The notes under the pieces are model-generated. The model was given only the letters and a program-made list of their open reading frames with translations, was not told the DNA's origin and searched no databases. Shown here piece after piece: positions 36,990-50,693 of a DNA stretch of 64,000 nt. This stretch comes from Heteronotia binoei (taxonomy: Eukaryota). Position 1 is the first letter of the stretch. Every line of letters begins with the position of its first letter. The stretch spans positions 87,544,001 to 87,608,000 of the forward strand of contig NC_083229.1 in assembly GCF_032191835.1 (NCBI RefSeq), written 5' to 3'. The position numbers and the translations under genes are program-made.

Positions 36990-37600
36990 CAGAGGCGGGG
37001 AACCTCTGTCCCGAGGGCCATATACGGCCTTCGAGTCACTTGGTGTGGCCCTCAGGGATTGCTGGACCGAACCGAGCCATGTGGCAGCCTCCTTGGGGCC
37101 TGGATGGCCAGTGAGGATCATGGGGCCCAGCTGCACTGTGTAGCAGCCTCCCCAGGGCCAGGCACACAGGACCCAGAGGTACTATGCGGAAGCCTCCCTG
37201 GGGCCTGGCTGGCCAGCCAGAATTGCTGCAGGGCCTGGAAAAGTTACTGTCACAGTTCAGTTTGCACTTGATTATCCCAGGTGGTGTGACCTAAAAAGCT
37301 AATATAAGGGAATGTGGTCTAATATGCTACTGAGTTCCTGTTGGGCTTTTTCTACAAAAAAGCCCTGGACCTATGCATTTGCCTAGGGCGGGCCATGTGT
37401 GTGTGCGTGCATGTGTGTGTGCCAGAATAGGCTCTCCCCACATGACTTCAAATAGAAAAACAATTATTTGCATTAATTTTGCTAGCCTGAATCATTCTCC
37501 CACGGCGAAGGGCTGTTTTTTAAGTTAATTTTTTATGGCCTGAGAATGATATTATAAATATCCATATGGCCCTTGGCAGAAAAAAGGTTTCCCACCCCTG
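36990..37600. mobile_element. hAT-Charlie-like non-autonomous element (sibling of 17653)
   Basis: TIRs cagaggcggggaacct / aggtttcccacccctg; perfect TSD ccctaaat. Confidence 0.9.
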
Positions 37601-38106
37601 CCCTAAATGGTCAACTTTCCCCATCCCCTTTGCACTATTGTTAGCATCTCTTTGCTTCCCCTGCTTCTTCATTATTCCCTGGATGATCCTAGCCAATTAG
37701 AGCTCTCATAGCAAATGAGGTAACTTCACTGATCACAAAACTGATCTGAGAGCAATTGCTTTCTGGTGGATATTTCTTGGTGGTAGTGAGGATATTGCTT
37801 TCTGGTAGGTCTTTTCTAATTAGACTGTTGTATTGCTACCAAGCATTTCTACAAAAAGCACTCCCTGTTCCGGCTTAGTTCTTTCCCACAAGCTTGTCAA
37901 ACTCCACTGTGCTAGGATACTTCTACTAATATGCTCACATGCAGAAATCTACAAGAATACACCTAAAAGAATTTATAGTTATTGTAATTACATATTTAAT
38001 AAGTTGGGGGCGCTACTTGGCAATCTATGACTTAACAGATGGAAGAGAAAAAAATCTGTTAGATCAATCCATTTTCTATTTTCAATTTCTGCACTGCAAA
38101 TATGCT

Positions 38107-38335
38107 CAGCCAGCATGGTGCAGTGTTTTAGATTCTAATCTGGAAAACTGGGTTTGATTCCTTCACATGAAGCCTACTGGGTGACCTTTGGCCTGTCATA
38201 TTTTTCTCAGCGTTCTCTCAGCCCCACCTACCTCACAAGGTGTCTGTTGTGGGGAGAGGAAAGGAAGGCGATTGTAAGCCACTTTGAGAATCTTTAGGAT
38301 AGAGAAATGTGGAATATACAAACCTACCCTTCTTC
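38107..38335 (+). mobile_element. tRNA-derived squamate SINE
   Basis: similar to 29097-29325 (taatctggaaaactggg, ccacctacctcaca, gattgtaagccact). Confidence 0.65.
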
Positions 38336-39094
38336 AAACTGACTAGCATTGGGTCTGCTGTTTCCACATAATTAGCTTTTAAGAGAGAAAAAAACAATCT
38401 TCCACCCTAAAGGCTGCTGTCTAGATAGGAAAACCAGAGATTTAACAGTGTTTGTTTCACCATTCCCTCCTTCCATGCCCTGTGTAAGCTGACAAATAAA
38501 ACCAAGATGGTTTTCATGAGAGAATAAAGGGGGAAAGGATGCTATAAAACTCTACTCAGATTTCATTTAAAAATTGTTCTATGGCCAGGGTATAAAGTTA
38601 TGTCTTTTAACATATACTTGCTCACAAAGCTAATGAAGTAACCAGTTCCAAATGGAAACAACCCCCCACCCTGAAAATGTCAGTTCCATGACCATCATAT
38701 ATCATCCACACTTTTAAAGCTTCATGTGCACAACATCTTGAGAAATGGGGAATCTATAAACTTCAGTGCTTTAAAGAAACAACTTTGATTTATTTCAGTC
38801 AAGTTCTCTTGATCCTGAGAAGACTGACTAGATTTAATTTAAAAGTAATTTAAATAATTTTAGTTCAACTGAACTGAATGGGCTTTAGCACAGGGAATTT
38901 CAAGCAAACTGAAACTGGCCTAGTTTTAAGTCTGGGTGATAAGACTGAAAAAATTCTGCAAAACTGAATAAAAATTAGTTTTCTTAGAATTTAGCAAACA
39001 GATGCAGTCTTCTTAGATTGTCTTCCAGTTTTTTCCCTCCACTCTGTTTTATAGTTCTGTGTGTAGTTGTGTAATGTAAGGGTTAAATTCCACC

Positions 39095-39297
39095 TAGGAT
39101 TGCCAATTCCCTCCGCCAATGAGGTGGAGGACTTGTTCCTTGTGTATGCTTCGTGCATGCGGTGTGATGATGTCACCCAGAAGTGACGTCATCATGCAGG
39201 GGATGTCGCACCAGGGGCACTCTAGAACTTGCAATAAAACTATATGGTACTATAGAGTTTCACTGTGATTCCTAGAGTGCCACACTGGCCAGCCCTA
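39095..39297. mobile_element. hAT-like MITE (TAGGGTTGCCA-type TIR)
   Basis: taggattgcca / tggccagcccta; perfect TSD attccacc. Confidence 0.8.
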
Positions 39298-39872
39298 ATT
39301 CCACCTAAAATTTCACACTTGCAAAGGGCAATGCCAATTCTACCCCTGCAGCCCTCCATTCCCCTCCTCCCCAAGCAGCACTGGGAAGGAGGGGGGTTGG
39401 GCTGCAATGGGCGGGAGGAGGAAACTATACTTCTATGGATGTAAATCCTTCTGTCTGTAGAAATTGTAGGTGGGATCCCATCCTGAGTGTAGTGTTGGGA
39501 TGCCTGTAAATTGAACATGAAATCAAAATTCTTTTATCTTGACAGAGAAACCTACAATTTAATTTTTGTCATGGCGTCCCTTGATAGAAAAAAGCAGAAA
39601 TGAGAGCTCCTTGGAACCGGGCTTGTCAGGAAACTGGGCTTCCTCTCTCACTTAGCATCAGACATTCATTGTCCTACCCAAAAAGCCACAGCCACTTTTC
39701 ATTTATATTTGCCATTGTGTGTGATTATTTTAAACAAAACTGTGTAACATGGCTATCCCTGAAAGCCACGAACAATTGTTCTCTTTGGTGGTTTCCCCAC
39801 AAGGACAGGCTTGCCTGCTTCCTCATTACTGCTGCAAATTCAGCACAGTGGCCATGGAGCTTTCACATAGCA

Positions 39873-40007
39873 CAGGGGTGGCCAACGGTAGCTCTCCAGA
39901 TGCTTTTTACCTACAACTCCCATCAGCCCAGCCATTGGCCATGCTGGCTGGGGTTGATGGGAGTTGTAGGCAAAAAACATCTGGAGAGCTACTGTTGGCC
40001 ACCCCTG
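39873..40007. mobile_element. palindromic hAT MITE
   Basis: foldback structure; perfect TSD acatagca. Confidence 0.9.
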
Positions 40008-41427
40008 ACATAGCAGGTTATTCCCACAGTTTTCCTGCTTCAGTCCCTTTGCAGCAACTATCCTCCCTCCCTTGGGCTTCTCCGGGTTTTGTTTTGTTTT
40101 TAAGAAAAAGGGCAGCTAACTATCACTATTGATAAAATGTTCTAGAACAAAGCAAGAGTCAAGTTTCTTTAAGACCAAGAAAGTTTTATTCGTATTGACT
40201 CTTGCTTTGTTCTGTTGCTTCAGACCAACATGGCTTCCCACCTGATAAAATGTTCTGTGTACCATGTTCTCTGAATTCCTAGCTTTCAATGAAAAAAAAA
40301 GTCTCTAGCCCTTTTGGTTGCTGAGAAAGGCCTTTTCCCTTATATCTCTATCACAAATGAGGCTACAGACTTACTTTTTGATTGAAAGCTGAGAATTCAG
40401 AGAACCAGGTACACAGTTTGTTATAACATATCTGTTATAACATATCCTAAACTCAGCCATTGACCTTTTTCTTGTAGAGGGAAAAAATGTCTGTTTGGGC
40501 TAAGACTGAAACATGTTTTAGCTATCATTTATATCTCCCAAAATCTTACTAATTTCCTCCACTGTCTTTTACCTTTGTGACCCAGTTAGCAAAGATGCCT
40601 CCTTGCAAACACACATACTCAGTATGTTAAAAACTGAATTTCTACTTAAGGCACCTTCCTAGACTCATGCTATCCCTATTTACTGGGTCATTCTCCACCA
40701 CGTTGCCTGGGAACTGTGCTTGGGGTTTGTATGTAACTTCTCCACTTCATCCACATTTCAAATTCCATCAGTTATACAAACCTGTCGCTTCATTCTTCAG
40801 CACTGCTGTGCGTGTACACATCCATTTCTAAGTCATTGCGGTCTTCCTTGACTACTGCAAACTTTATTTCAATGTCCTTCCTTCTCCTCACCTCCATCCT
40901 ACTTATCTCTGTCCAGAAACCTGCTGCCAGGATTATTCATCTTGCCACTGACTTTGACCACATATAGCCACTAAGGCTAGTTCTGCTGCCCCTTGATCCC
41001 TAAACCATAGGCTCACCCCTACTTACCTGTCATTTCCCATTTCACCTTCTTCAACAGATGGTCAGCCTCAAGGCACAATTTCACCTCTTTCCCATTTAAC
41101 CTTTGCACAAATAGCTTTTCCTCCTAAATTAACCAGCTTTGGAATAGTTGCTGCAGTTATAAATGAGTTTATCTCCCCTGTCCTGCTCTTCATTTTTATT
41201 TTCTCTGTTTATGACATAGTTAAGCTGCAATCCCTCTTTTGAGCAAAGAGATATTTCAATTTTATACTATAGCAGGGGTACATATGTGTTTCAGAAATAA
41301 TGTGATTCTAGCACAGTGTAAAAGACTAAATAAGACTCTGAAAATGTTCAATGTTTTCTGTGTCAAATTATCATCACCAACTTTTAGGCAGCAGATACTG
41401 GAACACATTAAAATCAAATAATCATAC

Positions 41428-41749
41428 CTTTGAACACAAATTCTGTTCCGCCCATCACTTTGGATGAATGCACTCCACGGCTGTAACGACCCTTGGCATA
41501 AATAGTGAAAGTAGGGTGCTTGCAGATTGGATCAGAGTAATGATAGTAGTGACCTTCCCAAGTATTATTGTTGTCATGGAAAATAAAGTGGCGGGTGAGA
41601 AAAAGTACTTCAGGACGCACTTCGCAGCGTTGGCTCACCCATTCCCCATGTAATCCAATAGTCAAATCAGCCTTTGGAGGTAAAATTGGAGGGTGGTGTT
41701 CATCTGACCGATAGATGATCCTGCACGCTATACATGAATGGTCATGGTT
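41428..41749 (-). CDS. APCDD1: APCDD1 exon 4
   Basis: ttccag|AAC...AAAG|gtatg; 322 nt; [55 protein letters not shown]...MGGTEFVFK. Confidence 0.96.
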
Positions 41750-42595
41750 CTGGAATGAATAAATAAATAAATAACATTTTCTTATTATGCTACAAGTAAA
41801 ACAGCATTGTCCTTCCTCATATCTTCTGAGTAGCTACTCTTATTGGTATTGCTCCTGCAGCAGCTGGTAACCTCTGTATGGCTTACAATTCTATAGGAAT
41901 GATGCCTCCTAAGAACGGTTAGAAAGTAGTTTTCTGTAATAGTTGAACATGTAGGTCAAGCCCTTGAGTAAAGGTTATTTGGATCAAGGCCAACTGCTGA
42001 TACTTGCAAGGAAGAAAAATGTCTAATATGAAGAGTAACAGAAAACACATTTCCAATTTTTCTGGACTGACCACAGTGATTGCCCTGATTTCTGAGCTGG
42101 TAAGGAGTACTGGTGAGAAAGTGATCCAAAGCTCCATCTTTTGCTCTTGAACCCTTTTAGAAAGATAGTGCCACATTATTTTTGCCCCATATTCTTAGCT
42201 ATATGGAGCTTGGATGTGAGGAAATATGTGAGTGTATGTACACCATGTACAATTGTATACATAAAAGCTCACTGATTTGAGTTAGGAAAACCAGGAAGGG
42301 TGCAAAACTGCAGAAGTTGGGAGGACTGAGCACAAAACTGGTTTTATTCTGTTACATCCAGCTGTTTCAATTCTCTGCAGTAGAGATTTATACTATTGTG
42401 ATTGCTCATTAAATCCTGGATGCCCCATTAGTCTATGAATGTATGGAAGCTGTGTTTCATTCAATAAACAAAGATTACATGTTCCTCATTGCACCTATTT
42501 GGATGTCTACCTCCATCCTTAATATGCCTAGCTCAGTCAATTGACAATCTCTGTCAATACCCCTGTCAGTGACAACTGATGCAAATCTGTTCTGT

Positions 42596-44378
42596 TAGGG
42601 GTGTGCATTCGGTTCGGTTGAACCGAATCAACCGCCGAATCACCCCTGATTCGTCTGTATACAGAATCGCATACAGCCAAATCCAATTGGGGCCCATTGT
42701 TGTGTAGCTGATCCCCCAGCCATCAGCAACATTGTTGTTCTTTTGATCTTTTGCTTACTTGGGTATCCAAGTAAGCACTGTTGTCTGGCCAATCACAGAG
42801 CAGTGCTATTTTTTGAAACTGCTCTCTGTAGGGCCAGAGAACCTTTTTAAGGAGTCTGCCTGGCTGGACTCCTCCATTGCTGCTGTGTTGGTGTGTGTTG
42901 GTGTGTGAGAGAGATTGTGCTGTGCTGGCTCTTGGCCTCAGCTGCTGCTGCTCTCTCTCAGCCTTACCAGACTTGCCTGAAGTAGAGAAGACATCTAAGG
43001 TAAGACAGTCTTGGGGTTCTTGTTTTTATTTTAGTTGGTAAAAGGGACTCAGAGTCCCTTTACTTATCCAGATTTGGGTGGTGGGTAGCTTATTTGGGGT
43101 TAGGGTTAGGGGGATCTGCTGGGGGAGGGGGCCTGAGGTGGGGTTTTTTGCCAAATTGCTCATATCTTACTTTAGTGAGAGGACTTTTAAAAGTGCAGTG
43201 TCCTTTTACTTTTCCTGATTTGGGTGGCTTGGATTTCTTGGGGTTAGGGTGAAGGGGTTTTTTGGGGGGAGGAGGGGTTGGTAAAGTTCCTGTATTGTTA
43301 AAAGTTAAGTTTTTTACTGTTTTAAAAGGATTCTGTGTTTGATTTGTTGCTGCTGTGCTGTGCTGCTGTTGTTCCTTTTCTCTTCTGGTTCTTTGGGGGG
43401 GGCTCTTTGGCCTAATTTTCATTGTTTAAAAGGCCACTTTTTTAACAGTTGAGTTTCTTGGTCTTCTCCTGTTGTCCCTTTTCCTGGTTCTGGTTTTTTT
43501 TGGGGGGAAGCTGGCACCTGGGTGAGAGACCCAGAACCAGCAGGCTTGTTGTTCTTGGCCAGTTCTCCCCATGTTGTTTGGGGCAGGGCTGGAGAGCTGA
43601 CATCTACAGATTGTGTATTCTGTGGCAGGGAAGCTGGCACCTGGGTGAGAGACCCAGAACCAGCATGCTTGTTGTGCTTGGCCAGCTCTCCCCATGTTGT
43701 TTGGGGCAGGGCTGGAGAGCTGGCATCTGTAGATTGTGTGTTCTGTGGCAGGGAATCTGGCACCTGGGTGAGAGACCCAGAACCAGCATGCTTGTTGTGC
43801 TTGGCCAGCTCTCCCCGCGTTCTTTGGGGCAGGGCTGGAGAGCTGGCATCTGTCGATTGTGTGTTCTGTGGCAGGAAAACTGGCACCTGGGTGAGAGACC
43901 CAGAGCCAGCATGCTTGTTGTGCTGAGCCAGCTCTCTCCGCATTCTTTGGGCAGATTGTGTTTTGTGTGGCAGGGTTCATAGAGTAGATAGATGTATATA
44001 GTGCATTTGCGTCCTATAGAGATTCTCTTGTGTGAAGTTAGGTTTGGCTTTGGGTGCCCCAGAAATTGGACCACCTGGCCCAATCTTTTTCGGATTTGGG
44101 GGGCTTGTAGGAGAGAGTCCCCTGCAGGTCCCCTGCAAATTTGGGGGCTCTCCCTCAAACCCCCTCCCCTTCAGGCAGCTTCAAATATACCCTATTTGCC
44201 ATTGATTTCAATGGCCCATAGGGTATAATGGGGCCGTATATTTGGAAATAGCCGCGCATCTACCGTATATGCAGCTATTCCGACTACGGAATTCAGAAAT
44301 ATACGGGATTCCGTACTCCCCCCCCCCATATATTTCCAAATCCGTGTACTACCGAATTTTTTTTTTTGCACATCCCTA
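42596..44378. mobile_element. non-autonomous hAT element carrying an internal minisatellite
   Basis: TIRs taggggtgtgca / tgcacatcccta; subterminal ccgaa repeats; TSD not clearly retained. Confidence 0.7.
43513..43975. repeat. 123-bp tandem repeat, ~3.7 copies
   Basis: ggcacctgggtgagagacccag at 43513, 43636, 43759 and 43882. Confidence 0.95.
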
Positions 44379-44565
44379 CTATTTGTTTCAATGTGACAGA
44401 GATTTATTTCCACTTTGGAATCACATTCTGAAATCAATTAGTTCTCTAGCACTTGGAATGATAATAATGGCAGACCACAAAATTCTGTAGTGGCTTTTTA
44501 TAGGCAAATTTTTTACCTAGCACCAAACTGTAGTAAATGCAGTGCAGCTGTAGGCAAGCTAGAGT

Positions 44566-45066
44566 TAGAGTTGCCAATCCCCAATTGGGGGCAGGGGATC
44601 TTCTGGTTTGGAGGACTTCACCCTGCTTAAGGATTCAGAAAGTGTGTGTGTGTGGCAGGGGAGAATGTCCACTGAGCACTCCATTATACCCTATGCGGAG
44701 ACTGTTTCCAACAGGGTATAATGGAGAATTGATCCATGGTTATCAGGGGCTCTTAGAGGGCTCTTTTTTTGAGGTAGAGGCACCAAATTTTCAGCATAAC
44801 ATCTGGTGCCTAAACCCACCCACCCCCCCGCACAAGTTTCAAAAAGATTTGACCAGGGAATCCAATCCTATGAGCCTCCAAAGAAACTGCATCCCATCCT
44901 CCATTATTTCCAATGGAAAGAAGGCATTTAAAAGGAGCATACATGGTCCTTTTTAATGTGATGGCCAGAACTTCCTTCAGAGTTCAATCATGCTTGTCAC
45001 AACCTTGCTCCTGGCTCCACCACCAAAGTCCCCAGATATTTCCTGAGCCGGACCTGGGAACCCTGG
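44566..45066. mobile_element. non-autonomous DNA transposon (TAGGGTTGCCA-type TIR)
   Basis: tagagttgcca ... tgggaaccctg; TSD eroded. Confidence 0.6.
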
Positions 45067-48000
45067 ACAAAGATCTACGATGTAAGAAAAGTTAGCTCCT
45101 TTTCCCTCTTTACACAAGTTCTTACACAAGCATTCTGGCTCACGACTAGCCGCTAACTTATTTTCACTTATAGAACTGGATTCCCAGAAAGAGAGGTGGG
45201 GTTCCGGCCTAATATAGTACTGGGTAGAAGCAACTTAGTCAAATATTAATCAGCATTTATTTCCTGGCAATATTCTTCCTTTTCATTGATCCCATTGCCT
45301 AGGGCTAAAGAGTTAAAATTTACCATGCTAAGTCCATTTCATATGAATAAACTTCCTTCATTTCTAATTAATCAAACTCACTCCCATGAAACCCCTTCCC
45401 CGTGTATATTCTTTTTATGGAATACTGTATCAGTTCACTTGGAATATTCTGTTCTTAACCGTGATGACATAATGTAAAATATAACATATATAAAAGATGA
45501 ACACAGAATATGGTGATAAATTACTCCCCAGTTGAAAATAAGTGTCAGGACAAATGGAGAAGTAAATCTTTCTACATAGAACAGAACTAGAGAAGAATTT
45601 GAAAGAACATTTTTATCCCTGCCAGATAAGCTGCATGCAACTATGATGTCAACTTTATCTAAAGCTACAATATGCCAAAATGTATCCTTCCCCAAATGAT
45701 AATGACTAAAAGGAGGACCATCAGGCTTTTGCTAATCAGAACAAAAAAGCAAAACTTCTCCCTTATCCTTCTCATTCTCTTTCAGCTCTTCCTTATCCTA
45801 CTTTTCCCTCTCCTAGTGACGCCACAAAGGAACAAAAACCCAGTTTAGAAACTCTTCATGGAGTGATTTCATTTCCCCCTCTCCTGTAACGTCTCACTTG
45901 GGACCCAGCTCTTTGAAATTTTGCTTTTAATTTAAAGATAGCACACTGGGGAGAGAGAGAACACACTCCCAGTTAATTTTTCTCTTCCCTTCCTGAACTT
46001 ATTTTTATGGCAATCTTATGTTGGTATTGCTGCTAATCTTAGTTACAGACAATAACTCACCTACCATCTGTAGTGAAGCTATTTGCATCACAATTTCTTT
46101 TTTTTTTAAAAGAAGACTTTGTAAATTTACATTAAAGTACAAATTATTTCAGGAATTCTGTTTCTCCTGTCTCTCCTCTCTTTTAACTTGGCACACTTCA
46201 AGCTAAACCATCCAGATCTTCATCTGTTGTAAATCATCATCGACCCAATGACCTTAATGGAGCTGTGATTTATGCCAGATGAGAATTCTAGACCAAGAAC
46301 CGGGACTTGTTTTGATTTTAAAAGTTGAGAGTATTGCAGAGAGTTAAGAATAGGCACTTCTAATCTATTAGAAATATTGACTAAGAGAATAGTTTCATTC
46401 CACTTATTCTGGTTTGTATTTAGCAGTGAACCATTAAGTCCAAAAAACTCTTGTGGTGCAAGCACTGTCAGCTATTGGCACATAAGGACATATCAGGTCA
46501 GGTCATGATTATTTTATTCAGTATTTTAAAAGCCTATTATAGGACTGCTTGAATCTGTGTCTGGGTTTTTTTGGGGTAAAATATCCCATGGTTAACCCAT
46601 AGAAAGATCTTTTAAAAAGGGGATATCAAAGCAAATGGAAAAGGCTGAAACTTTTCACACTCCAGCACTGAAGAGCTGACACCATATAAAAGCACTTTCA
46701 TAGATGTTAAGTACAGTTTCTCACTCCCAATGCCCCACTGCCCAGATAAGTCAAACCCAAGAGAACATTTCACTAAACGGCTAAAATATCCCCCTCATCA
46801 AAGTGATAACTGGCAGTCTTTCCCTGACTCACATACAAGACCAATGAAGGATAAGGCAATTATCTTGGGAAACACAGATGTAACCTAAGTTTGCAAATGG
46901 TGCATGGACTTTATATTAGATGTTGAAGTAACGTCATAAAGGATGATACTTGAGAGACTTTCCCCCCCTTTACACCTTGGAATATGTGGTGAAGTTATAT
47001 TTTAAAAAATCCAGCCACATTCAAGCTTTAAGTGAACTTTAAACACTAATCAGTCCTAAAATTATAAGTTACAAAATTAAAGCTGTCTGACTTGTCTGTT
47101 TCAATAGAATTTTATGACCCTTTGAAGGCAAAATATATTTTAAGAAAAACAGCTTTGGTTTCCCTCTGAATTTAAACTCTAGAGTCCTAGGTGAAATTTC
47201 AGAAATGAGGCAAAACATAATATCTTTCTCAGATTCATTATGTCTGGATCTGCTGTTTACTTCACTGAAGGGATATTAATTTGCAATCACAAACACCTCC
47301 TCCCCCCAAAAAAAGGAAGGAGCATTCACAAGGTTCCTGCAAAAACGGTAATCAAAAGGTTGAATCTGAATATGCAGGGACTAAAACTAAAGCCTCCTCC
47401 CCCACTTCTGCACTGGATTTAGGTATCAAACAGACATATCAGTAACTTCTCTTCTTCCCATGCTTATCCCAACTACTAAATAAGTTATGATTAGTTGAGG
47501 AGTATAGCCAACATATATCTGCTAAACAGTGAGAAAAGAGTCAGACAGCACCTGCTTCCGATATTTTAAGATTTTTCAACGTAAGTGAAGTAATTAAAAA
47601 ACAAACTTGCACAACCCAGCTTTCAAAAGCTACCTCTTAATGTTCAGCATTCGCTTAAGATTATAAAGATTTATTCTGCTATCTAGTATGTATATAAAGA
47701 ATAATTACAGCCAATGTATTTTTAAAAATATTAAAGGGACTCCTTTTTTGGTTATACTGTAAACACCAGGTAGGATCCTTTCATTTCATTCCACATTTTA
47801 AATCAAGAGGGCGGAGTCCTTGTGCTGAAGGAACAATGAACAGGGATGGAACAAAATAGTAAGATTCAAGCATATGCAACTTGCCTGCAGAAGCAGGGCA
47901 GGTGTGGCCTTAGTTGGGCTTGGACCTTGAGAGAGAAGTGGGCAGGAGACAGGAACATGGAATCTTATACCCTTTTACAGGTTTTCCTATATTCACTGCA

Positions 48001-48094
48001 TAGGCACTGATGATGCCAGTTTGGCAGATACTGTTCACACCAAAGGCTGTAGCAGTCTCCTCCCAATCACCAAGATGCTGGGCCCAAATGCATG

Positions 48095-48302
48095 TAGAGT
48101 TGCCAGCCTCCAGGTGGGGCCTGGAGATCTCCTGCTTTTACAACTGATCTCCAGCTGGCAGAGATCAGTTCCCCTGGAGAAAATGGCTGCTTTGAATGAT
48201 GGACTCTATGGCATTGTAACCCTCATCTCCCCCAAATCCCACCCTCTCTCAGCCCTACCCCTAAAGTCTCCAGGTATTTTCCAACACAGATCTGGCAACG
48301 TT
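48095..48302. mobile_element. MITE (TAGGGTTGCCA-type TIR)
   Basis: tagagttgccagcctccagg ... ctggcaacgtt; no TSD seen. Confidence 0.55.
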
Positions 48303-48811
48303 GTCTTCCTTACTGATTACAGCAGACCCTCACCATTCAGGGTGTGTGTCTGTCCCTAGGATCGTAATGAACGGCAAATGCAAATACTGGGAATCTGCTG
48401 CCTTCAGTAGAAAAAACAACCACATTTCCTGTAAAATGGAATGATAGAATGATTACTATGACAATGTGGTGGGAGTAAACATGGCTGGAAATTGCATCAA
48501 AGGATCACACTGCAAACCACGAATAAGTGAAATTGTAAGCTGTAAATGGTGTTTCCTGTACTTTCTGTTGTTGATATCCTCATACTTGATCTTCCATTTC
48601 TGTTTGGCCTAGAGCATTTGATTTTGAGGAGCTGATCAGCAATTTAAAATAATGCATGTGACGAGACTATCTGTCACTACCTTTTAGGATTGTAGTAGCA
48701 TTCTTTGGAAAACTGGTGAGATTATAGATTCAAGATCTGACTTCAGTGTAACAGATGAATTCTTGCTCTTTCTCTTTCTTTTGTATTTTCTGTATTTGTG
48801 TGTGTATGCCT

Positions 48812-48987
48812 TCATGGTGACTTCTGGTGACCCCTACTGGGACATGGAGGACATTCAGAGAAGTGGCCTTTGCCTCCCACGCCTGGTATTTCAAGGAAGT
48901 CTCCCATCCAAGTACTTGCCAGGGTCAGCCCTGCTTAGCTTCTGAGATATGACAAGATCGGGCTTGCCTGAACTATCCAGGTCAGGT
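48812..48987 (-). mobile_element. 5S rRNA-derived SINE
   Basis: - strand gcccgatcttgtcatatctcagaagctaagcagggctgaccctggcaagtacttggatgggagac matches the middle of 5S rRNA, followed by a non-5S body. Confidence 0.75.
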
Positions 48988-49445
48988 CATTTCTTGCTCC
49001 TCTTGAAGCCCCACGAACAGATTTTTTGCACAATCTGTCTTTGGGTTGCCTTGCGGGAGCATTTTTAATGTGATTTCACTAGCAGACAAAAGTTATGGTT
49101 GATTTTGGAACTCACAATTGCAGAAACATTCTCATTTTCTGATTGTTCAGACATGTTTTAAGAATGCAAGGGTTCTTTCACTCACCTTGAAAACTTTCAC
49201 AATAAAATGTACTAGAGAATTCTCAAAATGACTTTTCTGTGCATAAATCATCCAATATAAAATTTAATTGCATCAAAAGTTATCAGGTAGTTGTTTTGCT
49301 TTTGGTGGAAGTGAAGAATTTTTTTTGTTTTGCTTTCTGTAGGTTTTTTTTAACTGGACTGAATTCACCTCATTTAATTCTCTTGAGCTGTTTCTTAAGA
49401 CCTTTTCACTCTTTCAGTTTTCTCACTCTTTCTTTTAGTTTAGTT

Positions 49446-49581
49446 CAGGGGTAGGGAACAGTGGCTCTCCAGATGTTTTTGCCTACAACTCCCATTAGCC
49501 CCAGCTAGCATGGTCAATGGCTGGGGCTGATGGGAGTTGTAGGCAAAAAAACATCTGGAGAGCCACTGTGCCCTACCCCTG
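49446..49581. mobile_element. palindromic hAT MITE
   Basis: foldback structure; perfect TSD gtttagtt. Confidence 0.9.
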
Positions 49582-50497
49582 GTTTAGTTCTACATCCTGC
49601 TCTGTGCTTTCCTTTTTTCAGAATTTTGCTTTCCTCTATCAGCTCTTGCAGTTATTAGGAAACTGTTCCTCCATTTAATCAAGTGATCAGTCAACTCTGA
49701 AAAATTGTGAGAGAACCACAAAAACAAATATTCTAGAATTCCAGAATGACTCAATACACCTTATAAGTGTATTATAAGTCAACATATCTAGAACTTGGAT
49801 GTTTTAACCTTAGTTTATATGAAGAACATCCCAGTCCTTTCCAGCTTCTGTAGAAAATCATATTTATATTGGCTCTGAAGAAAATTCCAAGCCCTAGTTA
49901 CAAACTTTCTGTGAAGCATGAGTGTCAGATGTCAAAAACAAATAGGCAAAGCAAAACTTTGTTTATCATGCATATAAGCATTTGCTTATATTACTTAGTT
50001 TCACAACTCTGGTATTTTTAGAGTTCACATTTCCTTTAAAGTACCTAGTGACCCAGGAATAAGATGAAATAGTAAGAAAAGGAGTGTCTGGTACAGCCCA
50101 GAAATTTCATACCCCTATGGAGATACTTGAGGGTACTTTTCTGGAGTTAAATTTTGTCATGCATTCTTATAGTCTAAGTTCAGGAACAGGTGACTTCAAT
50201 CTTGTGTGGGTTCACTCCCACCATAATTCCTGTATTCCACCAATGTGTACTAAATTTACAAAACAGGAGTGAATAGTTGGGATCTCTTCACAGTTCAAAC
50301 AAAATTAATTTTGCTGAAGAACAAAAGTACTTTCCTAGACAAGCAAAAGACCTACCTAGTCCAGTGAAGCAGCAACAATAGTAATGGTCTAGCAAAAATT
50401 AGCTGATGAACCATCTCCAATTTGACGCATACCACTAAAGAAACATTCATGCAGAAAGTGGCCAAATGAAGCAATTGCTCCAAGTTTTGACTCCATG

Positions 50498-50693
50498 CAG
50501 GGCTTTTTTTGAGCAGGAACACATGGGAACAGTTCTGGCTGGCTTGGTGTCAGGGGGTGTGGACTAATATGCAAATTAGTTAATGTTGGCTTTTTCTACA
50601 AAACAGCCCCATGCAAAACTATGGTGACATTAGGGGTTGTGGCCTAATACGCAAATGAGTTCCTGCTGGGCTTTTTCTACAAAAGAAGCCCTG
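50498..50693. mobile_element. MITE with cagggcttttt TIRs
   Basis: TIRs cagggctttttt / aaagaagccctg; TSD actccatg/actgtatg (6/8); internal duplication. Confidence 0.8.

Noticed and set aside
43419-44158. Several 130-185 aa ORFs on both strands
   Set aside because: Artefacts of a stop-poor 123-bp (41-codon) repeat open in several frames within a TE; no splice or homology support
48880-48987. Functional 5S rRNA gene
   Set aside because: 5S 5' end is missing, many substitutions, and it continues into a non-5S body instead of a T-run terminator; treated as a SINE head
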